From NCBI GenBank assembly GCA_977862235.1, contig OZ374557.1:3596001-3660000 (forward strand): a stretch of DNA of 64,000 nt, in the 5' to 3' direction. A program made the translations under genes and the position numbers. The notes beneath the pieces were generated by a model. That model was not told where the DNA came from. It did no database searches and saw only the letters and a program-made list of their open reading frames with translations. How positions within the stretch are numbered: position 1 is the first letter of the stretch; every line of letters starts with the position of its first letter. The DNA comes from Dudresnaya verticillata. Its lineage: Eukaryota. Shown piece after piece: positions 26,074-37,500 of this stretch.

Positions 26074-28487
26074 GGATCGACCCGGTCAGAATTATCCTCG
26101 GAATCCGAACTTTCGTGCTCGATTCCGATTGGGTGTTTCGTAACCCCTGAGGCGCCTCGCGTCGATCGCGGAGGCGTGTCGAAAAGGAGAGGGGAATCGC
26201 TTCCCTGCCCGCTGGCTGTCTCTCCCTTGTGCCGCGTGTCGAGCGCTTGCGGAAGCCACTCGTCGGCGGTGAGGCCTGTGTGCTCCTGCACCGTCATAAC
26301 TGCTCGAAGCAGTTCGCGGCGCGGGTCAGCCCTCGGAGGCGTCGATGCCTGAGGTTGACGGCCAGCGGGCTCGTCAAAGCCGACCCGCTTATCGCGCAGC
26401 AGGAACCGTGGTGCGTCGCCTTGGCGGTACTCGCGGCGTGGGTCTCGACGATCCCCGCGGTACCCCTGCGACTCTCCGTGGTACCTTGGTGCGCCCATGC
26501 GCTGCGGGGGACCTCTCGCGTCGAAGCGTCGGTCCCCACCCCGCAGCGCATCGTAGCGCCGTGCGGGGCTCCTTGTCCTTGCACCCGCTGCCGCGCGCTC
26601 GTCGATGAGCTGTTGGAGCATATTGCGCGAATGCGGCTGCGTTTCCATTCGATGGTTGCAGTTCGCATACGCGCAGTACGTCTGCTGTTCCTTCGTGAGG
26701 TACGGGCACGAATACATGATGTGCCCGACCTCGCGGCAGAACCAGCAGATGTACCATTCCTGTCGATCAGGGATGACTGCGCGTGCCATCGCCTCCTGCG
26801 TTGGAGTGAGCGGTGGTATGCGCTTGGGTAGGACCGCGTCGATGCGTCCTGTAATGTCGAGGGTCTCGACGGCCTCGGTCGACCCGGCTGTCGATAGCGC
26901 GGGCGCGACCATCACGGGTTCGAACCCGTCGGCGTCGGGGTCCACCAGCATTGTGCTGTCGATAGCAACGTCCCCGCTGGGATAGCTTGGTGGGCCCTCG
27001 ATGAGCAGTGTACGTCCGCTTGCAGAGCTGCCACCTGAACTGCCTCGCCCCGAGGTGTTCGTAGGCTGCGCTGCCGTTGCCGAACGGGCGCGGTAGGTTG
27101 TGCCCTCGCTATGGGCAATCCGACGAACGGTACTAAAATTGGTCTGTTCGACCATAGGCAGCTGCCTGACCTTCTCCACCACTGCGGGTCTTGTCGTAGG
27201 CAGCAGGCCTCGAAGGAACTGATGCGTCAAGTTCTCATCGGAGTACACGCCGGCGCAGGCGTCCGCATACCCTTCGAGGCGAGTAGCGAACTCAAGCTCG
27301 GACTCGGCGTCCCTCTGCTTGGCGGTGGTCAGCCGGTCATGGGCGTCTGCGATGACGTCGTCCGTGACGAACCTCTCGACGAGGGTATTGACCACCGAGG
27401 CCCAGCAGGGTGGGGTGCCGCGCTGCGTTGTGCGCACCCCAGAGAACAGGTGACTCGAGTACACCTGCGACGCGGTTCCATCGAGGAACCAGGACACCAC
27501 ACGCGCCGCTGCGCCTTCGGATAGTCCAACGCCATTGAATGCTTGGCGTAGCTGTTGAAGCACGCCAAGCAGGCGAATAGGCTCCTTGCCATCGAACCGG
27601 TCGAGCCGGGGCATCAGGGCCTTCATGCGGCTGACAATCTTCGCAGTATTGCCGCTGCATACCTGCTGTTGATTGTCCCGCTGATCTACGTCATCGAGAC
27701 GGTACGAGCGGTAGTCGATCGCCTTAGCGAACTCTGGCACCAACGTGGTTAAAGGCTCGATGCCTGCCATGAGTGGGCCCCAATGCCAATAGGCAGAGAC
27801 GGGAGCCTCGTGCTGGTGGGGGGTCGGTCCCCTCTTTGTGTTTTGCCCGTCGAAGGCTTGTTGGAGCAACCTGGGGTCGACCCCGTAGAATGGATTGGGG
27901 TCCCCACTCGGATGGTGCGACCCCGCCGCACTCCTCGGTGGAGATGGCGGTGGTGAAGGAAAGCGATGCCGATCTCGTTGCTCGGCAAGTATGGCAGCGG
28001 CCAATTCTTGAACTGCACCCGCTGGTGACTGCGGTCGCGGAGGAGAGCGCTGCGCCGACGACGGGCCCGTAGCCCGCTGGCGTTGCCGCGTCGGCGCGCG
28101 CTCTATCAACTCAACGCGGCGGCGTAGCTCATCGAGGAGCCCCTGTGACCGGGTTATTCCGTCCTCGATGGACGCCAAAGGACCGCGTCGAAGCGTGTCC
28201 AGGTCTTGCTGGCCGTCGGCCTTCGCCTCAGCTATCGAAGCTGTAAGGTGGTCGTACACCTCGGCTAGCGAGTCCATGGTCTCCTCATACAGCAGCTGGA
28301 GGTCGGCCACCGAGACCAGACTCCCGGCGAGGGCCTTTTGCAGCGCGGCCCTCCGCTCGAGCCTCACATCGTGTAGAGGAGTACCTGAGACGCCGATGGT
28401 ACTCAGTATTGAGGTGCGACGCGTCGCGTCCTCAACTTTTCCGGCAGCGGCCGATGCGGCAGCGGCCGGGTCAGAAGGACTCGACAT
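26061..28487 (-). CDS. gag: gag of element B (808 aa, intact)
   Basis: Long ORF after the PBS; zinc knuckle CWFCREVGHIMYSC; shares DYR.YRL and F.G..PI motifs with the gag at 62394. Confidence 0.92.
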   Translation of the reverse strand: MSSPSDPAAAASAAAGKVEDATRRTSILSTIGVSGTPLHDVRLERRAALQKALAGSLVSVADLQLLYEETMDSLAEVYDHLTASIAEAKADGQQDLDTLRRGPLASIEDGITRSQGLLDELRRRVELIERAPTRQRQRATGPSSAQRSPPRPQSPAGAVQELAAAILAEQRDRHRFPSPPPSPPRSAAGSHHPSGDPNPFYGVDPRLLQQAFDGQNTKRGPTPHQHEAPVSAYWHWGPLMAGIEPLTTLVPEFAKAIDYRSYRLDDVDQRDNQQQVCSGNTAKIVSRMKALMPRLDRFDGKEPIRLLGVLQQLRQAFNGVGLSEGAAARVVSWFLDGTASQVYSSHLFSGVRTTQRGTPPCWASVVNTLVERFVTDDVIADAHDRLTTAKQRDAESELEFATRLEGYADACAGVYSDENLTHQFLRGLLPTTRPAVVEKVRQLPMVEQTNFSTVRRIAHSEGTTYRARSATAAQPTNTSGRGSSGGSSASGRTLLIEGPPSYPSGDVAIDSTMLVDPDADGFEPVMVAPALSTAGSTEAVETLDITGRIDAVLPKRIPPLTPTQEAMARAVIPDRQEWYICWFCREVGHIMYSCPYLTKEQQTYCAYANCNHRMETQPHSRNMLQQLIDERAAAGARTRSPARRYDALRGGDRRFDARGPPQRMGAPRYHGESQGYRGDRRDPRREYRQGDAPRFLLRDKRVGFDEPAGRQPQASTPPRADPRRELLRAVMTVQEHTGLTADEWLPQALDTRHKGETASGQGSDSPLLFDTPPRSTRGASGVTKHPIGIEHESSDSEDNSDRVDPEKE

Positions 28488-28535
28488 CCTTTACTTCGAT
28501 CGCGTCGATGCGAGAAGTACTTGGGTCTCGACGAC

Positions 28536-28553
28536 TTCTAGGTCAAGAGACCA
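28536..28553 (-). promoter_or_regulatory. Primer-binding site TGGTCTCTTGACCTAGAA
   Basis: Begins with TGG one base after the terminal CA of the 5' LTR. Confidence 0.75.
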
Positions 28554-28554
28554 G

Positions 28555-29327
28555 TGTAGTATAGACGTCGGGTCGATCCGAGGTCTGATACTTGCTGGTC
28601 CGAAGCCGCCACACAGACCCGTCGATGGGTAGCTGTTGGGGTTGGTAGAGCGGTGTCGGCCGCGTGCGCCCCGCAGGTGCGGATCGACGGCGTCGATGCC
28701 GGAGCGCGCACGGGGCGTACCGTACGCGGGTAGGCAGCGGCCGGATCCCAGCGTCCCTGTCGAAGGGCGGCACGAAGCCGACGGAAAGGAAAAGGAAAGG
28801 GGAAAGCCTAACGAAGCAAGGGGAAAAGGGAAACCGCCCGCTGGCGTAAGGCAAAGGGATCGAACCCGAAAAGGCTGGGGGCAAGCTTCAGCGCGAGCTT
28901 TTGCTTGCCCGGTTTACTGAGCCGTCGATGGCCGACGGTCTTAAATACCCTACACTATGTGCACTACGACTACTTCTACAGTAGGTGCGCCCCACAACAC
29001 CAACGCGGGAGGTGTGCGAGCGCGCGCCCATACACGTGTCGATACGTCCAGGTAACGGTTACCCGTGGGCGCGCGCGGGGCGTAACGGGCAGCGGCCCTC
29101 TCAACGGCTCGATGCCGGAGAGCGTCACAGGGGCGCGCCGTGTGCGGCACGGCGCGCGGCCGCTGCCGGCAGCAATGCGGTCGATCGCTACTAATTCAAC
29201 GAAAAAACTAAGGGCACGCTGCCCAACCACGACTCGCCAGCGGGCGTCATCGTGTGCACCATTACAGTGCGGCGCTGCCAGCATACCTTACAGCCGCTGC
29301 TGATAGTGTGCTGACAGCTATACTACA
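28555..29327 (-). repeat. 5' LTR of element B
   Basis: Direct repeat of 20475-21247. Confidence 0.98.
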
Positions 29328-29679
29328 AGCTGTATTGTTTCTGAGCAGCCCCGTGATTATGGAATTTTGTTCATACTCATCGAAGTGTTATATATCTGTC
29401 ACATGATTATTACACCTGGACAAGTCGCACCGCCTCTGGCGGTGGCGGCGCTACGCGCCGCTACTCGCACCGCCTCCGGCGGGGGCGGCGCTGCGCGTCG
29501 CTAGACCCCACGCCTTCGGCGCGCGACGGGACTGAGTGCTGGTATGATAAGCCCCGCGCCGAAGGCGCGGGGGTGTAACGGCAGTAGCGCGCGCACAAAA
29601 TTGAAGGACCAAATTGAGAAATCAGACGCACAGCAATGGTGTCGGCTGTAAGGAGCACTATCCCGCCAATCAATGATGA

Positions 29680-30225
29680 GCTTTGCTGCTGCTGCTGCTG
29701 CTGCTACTGATTCTTTTTTATTGGCGCTGCGGCCCTGTATTTCAGATATAATTTGGGATGCGTAGAAACTACTGTGGCGCCAAGTGAGTTTGTTGGCGCA
29801 TCGATATAGAATTTTGTTTATTTTTTCGAGACCTAACCTGGCTAATACTACCCTTCACGCAGTCATACCCACATACATTCTTACTATAAGGTTAACAAGG
29901 GCAACGACGCGGCGCTGTGCGCCGCAATGCGCCGCGCCTCTGTAAATTTACTGTCAGAAAATCCGATCGCAGCAATGAGAGGGCTTGCGCGAGCGTTGAT
30001 TTGGCGCGAGGCGGTGCCGCGGGAAAATACAGCCAATCGGGTGGCGCGGCTTGGCGGTCAGCCAACGGGGTTGCAGCTTTGCTGCTGCTGCTGATTCTGC
30101 TGATGCTGCTGCTGCTGAAGTTTTCTATTGGGCGTAAAAGGGTGATCTAGTAATATGTTTAGACGTGCGTAGAAATAGGTTTGGCGGCAAGGGATGGTAC
30201 TGGCGGGCGGATGTTTATTTTTTGT
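29680..30225. repeat. Two diverged copies of a (CTG)n-containing unit
   Basis: GCTTT(GCT)n..TATTGG..TGCGTAGAAA..TGGCG.CAAG at about 29680-29830 and 30076-30225. Confidence 0.65.
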
Positions 30226-32889
30226 AATGTTTTACGTGTACAAAGCCCTCGACGGGCCTCCTACACTCACAAATCATCACTATGGGGAGAATACGGAGAG
30301 CCTGATGGAAAGCTGCGCAGGCGCCATGTCGGAGAACCGGATACCATGTGTTATCATGGGCGCGTCTATGTCGATTCTGGTGTGTGCCACTGTGTATTCC
30401 GAATACCAGCCCCAATTCTATCAGAAGAGCAAGGTTGGCGTTTGAGTTCTTTGTTTCACCCCGCTTGGAAGCATAATTTACGAAGAAAAAACGCAGCGGG
30501 CGATATTCCGAGTTCTTCGGGGTAGTAGGGTGCATGCCTCACAGCGAAGGCGGTTTAATTACGGTCTTGTTGGAAAAGGTGAATATTGTTGGGAAGGAGA
30601 CGATGGATGCAGTACACGATAAGTCTTATCGGTCTTAGACCGGAGGTGATGCTTCGTCAAGGCGCCCTAATCAACGACATTCGGATTATAAGGTCGCAGG
30701 GGAAGTAGAGAAACGCGTTTCTCTCACAACCGTTTGTAGATAGTACAAACCAAGCAGATGAACCACTTCTGAACTCCACAGAGTCTTATATACGTTATGC
30801 ACGTTTCGTTTATTAAATGTTTATTTCATGTGTCTTCCAACGCCCCAGTGATGGCACAGGCAACTTACCAGCGCTATTAACAATATGAAGTGACATGCAT
30901 CTGTATGAAAGGAGATGACTGAGACTGGGGTCTGCAATTCAAAGACAGTATGCTACCTACGGACCCAGCCCCGTTGGTGCTGGTTGAAGAAGTTCGCGCG
31001 CTGCGCGCTGAGCTTGACGAAGCTCGCGTGTTCGCTGCGGAGGAGCTGGACACAACAGTTTGGCTCCGGGCGCAGCTGATGGGGTGGGCTCGCGATATGA
31101 TCGCGAGGGCTGGCTAGATGGAGAGGGAGTTATGCGAGGGTCTCTAGGGGTGATGGCTCTTTTAGGGTGGGAAGTGCCGCAGGAGTGGACGGTGGAGGAC
31201 CATGGTTCAGATGTTTAGATAATAAGAACGTTAAAGGGGTTAGTTGAAAATCGATTTGTATAGAAAACAGGAATCATAGAAAACGGCATTCAACAAGTAT
31301 ACTTGTTGAGTTCACTTATATGTACATAAGCGACAGGGGTGCAAGGGCGGGTTTGGTGTGTGAGTATGTTTACGCACAGAGAGTTCCCGGGCTAAGTACA
31401 AGGAAAGTAGTCACTTACTTCACACCTGTGTGTGAACAGTCCCCAAATGCATGTTGCAGTGAATGCAGGCCGAATAGTGGTGGTGAAGCAGTAGGGGAGG
31501 TTATAGGGAGATGAAGATGCCGGGGGAGGGCGGTGAGATGCGGAGGTTGTTAGGCATGGCGGGGGTCCGGGAGTGACCTTTGACATCGGGTGGAGGGCTG
31601 GGGGGGACGGGCGATGAGGCAGTCTGTACGCGTTCCCATACGGAGGGCTGGCGCATTACTGCGCACATACGAGCAAAGCAGAGTGCAGCTGGTGCACCAG
31701 GAAGGCGTCCGGCGGCGGAGGCTCCCATCGCGGTGGGCAAAGCGCGCTGGCGGGGTGACGGTGACGGGGTGACGGTGCCGGGGTGACGGCGCCGGGAAGC
31801 ACAGTGCGTATGCGGGAGGGCACCCGCGAGAGGAGGGCATGGGCATGGGCATGAGAAGAATGACGAGGCAGTCTGTATGCGTGTCAATACGGAGGCCTTG
31901 GCCATTTGGGCGCGCGCAGTGCTGTGCAAAGGGTGTACCAGACGGACGACGACACAGTCTGTGTGCGGCGCCGAGCATGCGCGGGCCGGCCAGATGGCCG
32001 ATGCGGCGCGCGTGCAGCGCGCGCGGCCAGGCGCATACCCCGGCCCAGCAATTTCCAATTTCAAATTCAAACCAAGTTGGTCCAGTGCGGACTGCGGCGT
32101 GGCCCGCGCGGGCCAAATAGACGCAAATAAATTATAATTCGGAAAGCCCGGAAATATTTCGGGTAAAATCACGTAAACCGCCTTAACGTTGGAACAAACT
32201 GTCCGTTAGCCAATCAGATTTCACCACCCTATTCAGAACACGCTCCGCGTTCCAACAATACCATAAAATTGCTATTCGACTCCAGTCTGTTTTAAAAATC
32301 ATATTCTGCAATCGCTCAAATGCGTGTTAAAGACGAAAATCAGGAAAGGACACCGTCGTAGATATTAATATGTACTACGATGTCCTTTCCTAGTTGCTGC
32401 AATAAATTCATATATGTAAGCGTCGTATGGACATCAACAAATGGATCCATTAACGTAGTCCCTATTTCATTTTGCGAATCATCAATTCCTGTGACTATAT
32501 CTTTCCAGAAGGACATGGCCATTGACACGGTATGCGTACAGGAAGGGACATCGAGAAATCATCTCACGCTCAAGGACAATGTAAATTATACTTCAGCTGC
32601 GTTGAGAGTGCCCAAAGGACGCGGTGCTCTCGTGCCTGATCTGAAGCTTTCCTTCCCTACCACAATATATATAGCTATGACGAAAAAACGTTGCTGAAAG
32701 GATGAAGAACTACTAAAACCCATTTTCTGTCAGACCAAAAGATAAAATCTTATACATAAGATGTGTACTTTGAAAAGGACATATCCTATGCTCGAAGTTG
32801 AGCATGAGACGTTGCGTGAAGCTAAGATTTCTAACATTCCCGAAAGGTTTACGTTCCGTGAAAGTATCATTTCCGGCGTCTCATTAGAG

Positions 32890-34270
32890 CAGGAAAGGAT
32901 GAGGTGTCCTAGCAACACATTTACCATGGTCCTTTCCTACTTTGTCGACAGGGATAATTGCTATCAAGATGTTCTTGTAATCCAGCCAATATACAAAAAC
33001 AATGTCCTTTCCTAGTGCATGAAAGGATGAGCCACCCGAGCAACCAATTTACAGTGGTGCCTTCCTACTTTGTCTACAAGTAGAACGGCTATCAAGGCAT
33101 TCTTGTAATCCAGCCAAATGTACAACATAAAATGGCCTTTCATAGTACATGAAAGGATGAGCCACCCGAGCAACCAATTTACAATGGTGTCTTCCTACTT
33201 CGTCTACAGCGAGAATGGCTATCAAGATGTTATCGTAATTAAGCCAAATATACAAAATAAAATGTCCTTTCCTAGTGCATGAAAGAATGAACCATCCTAG
33301 CAATCAATTTACAATGGTCCCTTCCTACTTCGTCTACAGGAAGAATGGCTATCAAGATGTTATCGTAATTAAGCCAAATATGCAACATAAGATGTCCTTT
33401 CCTAGTGCATGAAAGGATGAGCCCTCCGAGCAACCAATTTACAATGGTCCTCTCCCACTTTTTCGACAGGGAGAATGGCTACCAAGATGTTCTTGTAATC
33501 AAGCCGAATATTCAAAATAAAATGTCCTTTCCTAGTGCATAAAAGGATGAGCCACCCGAGCAACCAATTTACAATGGTCCTTTCCTACTTTTTCTACAGG
33601 GAGAATGGCTACCAAGATGTTCTTGTAGTGAAGCCAAATATAAAAAATAAGATGGCCTTTCCTAGTACATGAAAGGATGAGCCACCCGAGCAACCAATTT
33701 ACAATGGCCCTTTCCTACTTTGTCTACAGGGAGAATGGCTACCAAGAAGTTCTTGTAGTGAAGCCAAATATAAAAATAAGATGGCCTCTCCTAGTACATG
33801 AAAGGATGAGCCACCCGAGCAACCAATTTACAATGGTGCCTTCCTACTTCGTCTACAGCGAGAATAGCTATCAAAATGTTATCGTCATTAAGCCAAATAT
33901 ACAACATAAAATGTCCTTTCCTAGTGCATGAAAGGATGAGCCACCCGAGCAACCAATTTACAATGGTCCTTTCCTACTTTATTTACAGGGGGAATGGCTG
34001 TCAAGATGTTCTTGTAATGAAGCCAAATATACAAAATAAAATGTCCTTTCCTAGTACATGAAAGTTTGAGCCACCCGAACAACCAATTTGCAATGGTCCT
34101 CTCCTACTTTGTTGACAGGGAGAATGGCTACCAAGATGTTCTTGTAATCAAGCCGAATATTCAAAATAGAATGTTCTTTCCTAGTGCATGAAAGGATGAG
34201 GCACCCGAGTAACCAATTTTCAATGGTCCTTTCCTACTCTGTTGGCATGGAGAATTACTATCGAGATGTC
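32890..34270. repeat. Tandem array, 130-bp unit, about 10.5-11 copies
   Basis: GAAAGGATGAGCCACCCGAGCAACCAATTTACAATGG (or close variant) recurs at about 33021, 33151, 33281, 33411, 33541, 33671, 33800, 33930, 34060 and 34190; edge copies are more diverged. Confidence 0.97.
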
Positions 34271-34572
34271 CTGTTTTTCCAGAGAAAAGGCGTTCTGTGG
34301 TAAAGCTCCTGACATTGCAGAAAAGAGTTACAACTCCAAAGGATACTTCCATAGCAATATATTGCTATAGAAGTATCCTTTCTTCCATTGCATTTCTCGC
34401 GTCCGCGGACGCGTCCGCAGGAAAGTAAATCTTCAATCGCTCATCACTGCCTGCAAGCGGGCTACCGCCGTGATCATGACCACTGTCTGGAGACTGTCGC
34501 GAGCATAGTGATGGAACAGTAAAGTCATACAAGTTCATAAAGAATCCGTAAGATGAATTCTTACAATTGGTA

Positions 34573-37500
34573 TCAGCAGCTATCAGAATCTAACTGCTCA
34601 TCACCTCCATGTACAGGCTCTCCATCAGAATATTGATCTCCATTGTTTTCTGGCATCACTACCTTTCCCTGAGTATGAAGAGAGACTGGAAGGTTCTCGT
34701 CATTCGTATTCCATGCGACATTGTCTTGACTTCTTATTGTCCAGAGCGAGACATGTAGTGAACTACCGGAACGGACGAAGTAGGTGTGACCGCGGAAATT
34801 GACAGGTGGACCAGCGACTTGGAGACAGAATAGTTTGTCACGATAAGAAGAATACATGTCCTGCGCAGGTGTGAGAGGATAGGGTGGATGGGCCCCGCCT
34901 CCAAAAGCAATCTTCTTCTCCTCTCCACTCGCGCCCGCATGGGCGACATCTCCGCTAAATACTAGCGGGCTGTAAGGCGGAACAGTTACAAGCTTCGATG
35001 GTAAGTTCTGCATCAGCTGACTCCTAGCCTCCGGACTCTTTTGTTCAATACGATTTGGGACCCTGGCCACACCCGAATCGCGAAAGGTTGAGAGCCGCAA
35101 AACATGAACGTTAGATGTAGAATCTCCGCCACAATTCCGTACATCCGCTCTGGCTTATTGTGCCCAACAGCAAAAGGAGACCATCCCGGGTCTGGTACCG
35201 TAAAGTCGGTGTGGCAGCTTTTTGCACCAACCTGATCTGAAGTACAGACCAGCTGGGATCCGCGCAAAGGGATGCGCAAAGGCTCAACCCTGTCTTGGAG
35301 ATTGGCATACTCCACGTACAAGGACAAGAATAGCTCTAGAAGGCACTTGCTCTTGAACGCTCCGCGAACCACGACTTGTCCCGAGCTATCCTTCATCGCA
35401 TCTTCCCGCATACGCTTGTCGCAGAACATGTGAGGAGTGGTTTGGAACCGGAAGTTCCTAGCCGTCAAATCCTTGTCCTTTCGTAGAATAGCCTTGAAAT
35501 CCTTCGAAACCTTGGTTGCTCCCTCTTCCGACTCAGAGGTGATGATACGTCACCCGTTTTCAGCGTCATCTGCGTTCCTGCCGTCTTGAAGTTGTTCCGC
35601 TAATCTCGCTACCATGTTCTGCGTAATGGAATCAACACATACGGGCATGAGTCCAGTTCCAGTTCCAGCCAAGAAATGAAGGTCGACATAGTATCCGTCT
35701 CTGCGTAGACACACACGCAGGATATAGAAGTGCGACTTCGTGCAGTGCTCCCAACGATGCGTATCTGACGGGTTGCTGTCAAGGCGGAAATCGCTCTGGT
35801 AAGCGAAAGCAGCTGCAGTGTTGATGGATTCACGAACGTCCTTGACGTGCTCCTCCCCGCGCACACGTCGGTAGGGTGCCTCTGGATGGAACGCGGAGAT
35901 TTCTCTCAGAATACGTTGCTCCAGCAGGTGCCCTTTTGTAAGTACGCCCAGCTCTCCTGCACTTCTCGTAGGCGTATTTATGCCTTGCTTCAAGGTGTCT
36001 GCACGTGCGTAGGCAAACATGTACTCGTTCTTTACTAATTGCAAACCCTTAGATGTGGCTACTCTTCTCTCCGCATCAGAAGCTTCCTTGAATCGAGAAA
36101 AAGGGGGCAGGGCGACGACTCGGTCTGATCATGTACGAGCGCAATTCCTTTGCAGCCCCCTGGGAAGGACGGAGCTCCGTCCTTCTTCTTCGTCTTGGGG
36201 ACAACTGGCCTCGCAGTCGATCTTCTTCCCTTTCCTTCTTTATCCTGGTCTTGTGCTTTCCTCACAGCAACCACTTCATCACCACTTGAGCCATCAGAAC
36301 CTTTACTCTCATCGACAACCTCTTCATCACCACTTGAGCCATCAGAACCTTTCCTCTCATCTACAAGCACTTCATCATATCTTGAGTTCTCAACACCTTC
36401 CCTCTCAACGTCAGGCCTGGTCCGGTAGATTCGCTTTTTCTGCACTGATTTGCCTTCCGGTTCTTGGTCTGTCATGAAGTGCACTTCTTCGCGTTTCCGG
36501 AAGCGAACTTTTTGCGGGACCGACAAATCACCCCGGTGTCCAACTGCGGTTGACTCTCTCGTCTTCATCTCCGAGTCGAGTGGAACAAGACATCTGGGTG
36601 CAGCGTTAGCGGGGGCGCGATCCGTTGATGAATATGAAGATGCCGAACTTGAGCTGTGTCTCGCTGAACGTGAGCGGCTGTTCCCGATGTTGCCGCCGTA
36701 GATGCTGGTCTTGATAGGATCGTCCTTTCCTGATTGGCTTGGAATCGATTTCTGAATTGGTCAATCTCTTCCGACGTATCTCCTGCACCATAGAAAGGAT
36801 GACTGGTCTTCACATCAGATACCGAGGGTCTGGTTTTTTCATCCTTGTCAGCAACGTAAGTATCATACAACGGCTTTGGAATATCTTTGTTAGGATGAAA
36901 CCCATCCTTGCGTAATGTTTGCACGGCCTGAGTCACGATTCTCATCCCCGAATCAAATACCATGAACGCCGCGCAAGGATACGGTGGGATAAAGCCATTG
37001 CTTCTCAAAGTCTGAGTCCTGTATTGTTCCCTTGTCGACTTCGAAATGTTGCAGGGAAAGGGGAAATACGACGGCATTCAAAATACCGACGAATCGCTCG
37101 CAAGTCGTGCCGTTGCATTCATCGGAAATGAAGGAGCGGGGCAGTCAGACAGGTCCCTCTATCCATAACTTGGTAAAAGGCGTGGTGTACGGCCAAGCCA
37201 TTTTGAACCTTCCCTCAGCGGCGTCTATCAGCTTGGGTACAATGCTGATGATGTTGGTAATCTTCGAAGCGCTCCATCCTTGATTCTCGGATATACCGTA
37301 TGTGGACATGTACTCTTCTCTCGTAGACATAACGGGCAAGACGCAGAGCTTGCGCTCAAAGCCATCGAGTGCTTTGAACAGTGAATTTCCTAGCACATCG
37401 ATTACGAGAGCCTTGCCGCTACACTCTTCGACGTTCTCCTTGAATTATTGCATCAGAATAGGATTGCCATCCGTGATGAGACAAACAGAGAGGCTGAGCC

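Larger units (their letters stand above)
20475..29327 (-). mobile_element. Full-length Ty3/Gypsy chromovirus (element B, 8853 bp)
   Basis: Two 773-bp LTRs TGTAGTA..TACTACA, TSD AGCTG (20470-20474 and 29328-29332), PBS, gag, pol, PPT. Confidence 0.98.

Noticed and set aside
30950..31118. 55-aa coiled-coil ORF (MLPTDPAPLVLVEEVRALRAELDEAR..)
   Set aside because: Too short, no recognisable family and no supporting context.
32890..34270. CRISPR array or coding repeat
   Set aside because: The whole unit is repeated with no unique spacers, no cas genes are present, the context is eukaryotic, and a 130-bp period breaks the reading frame.
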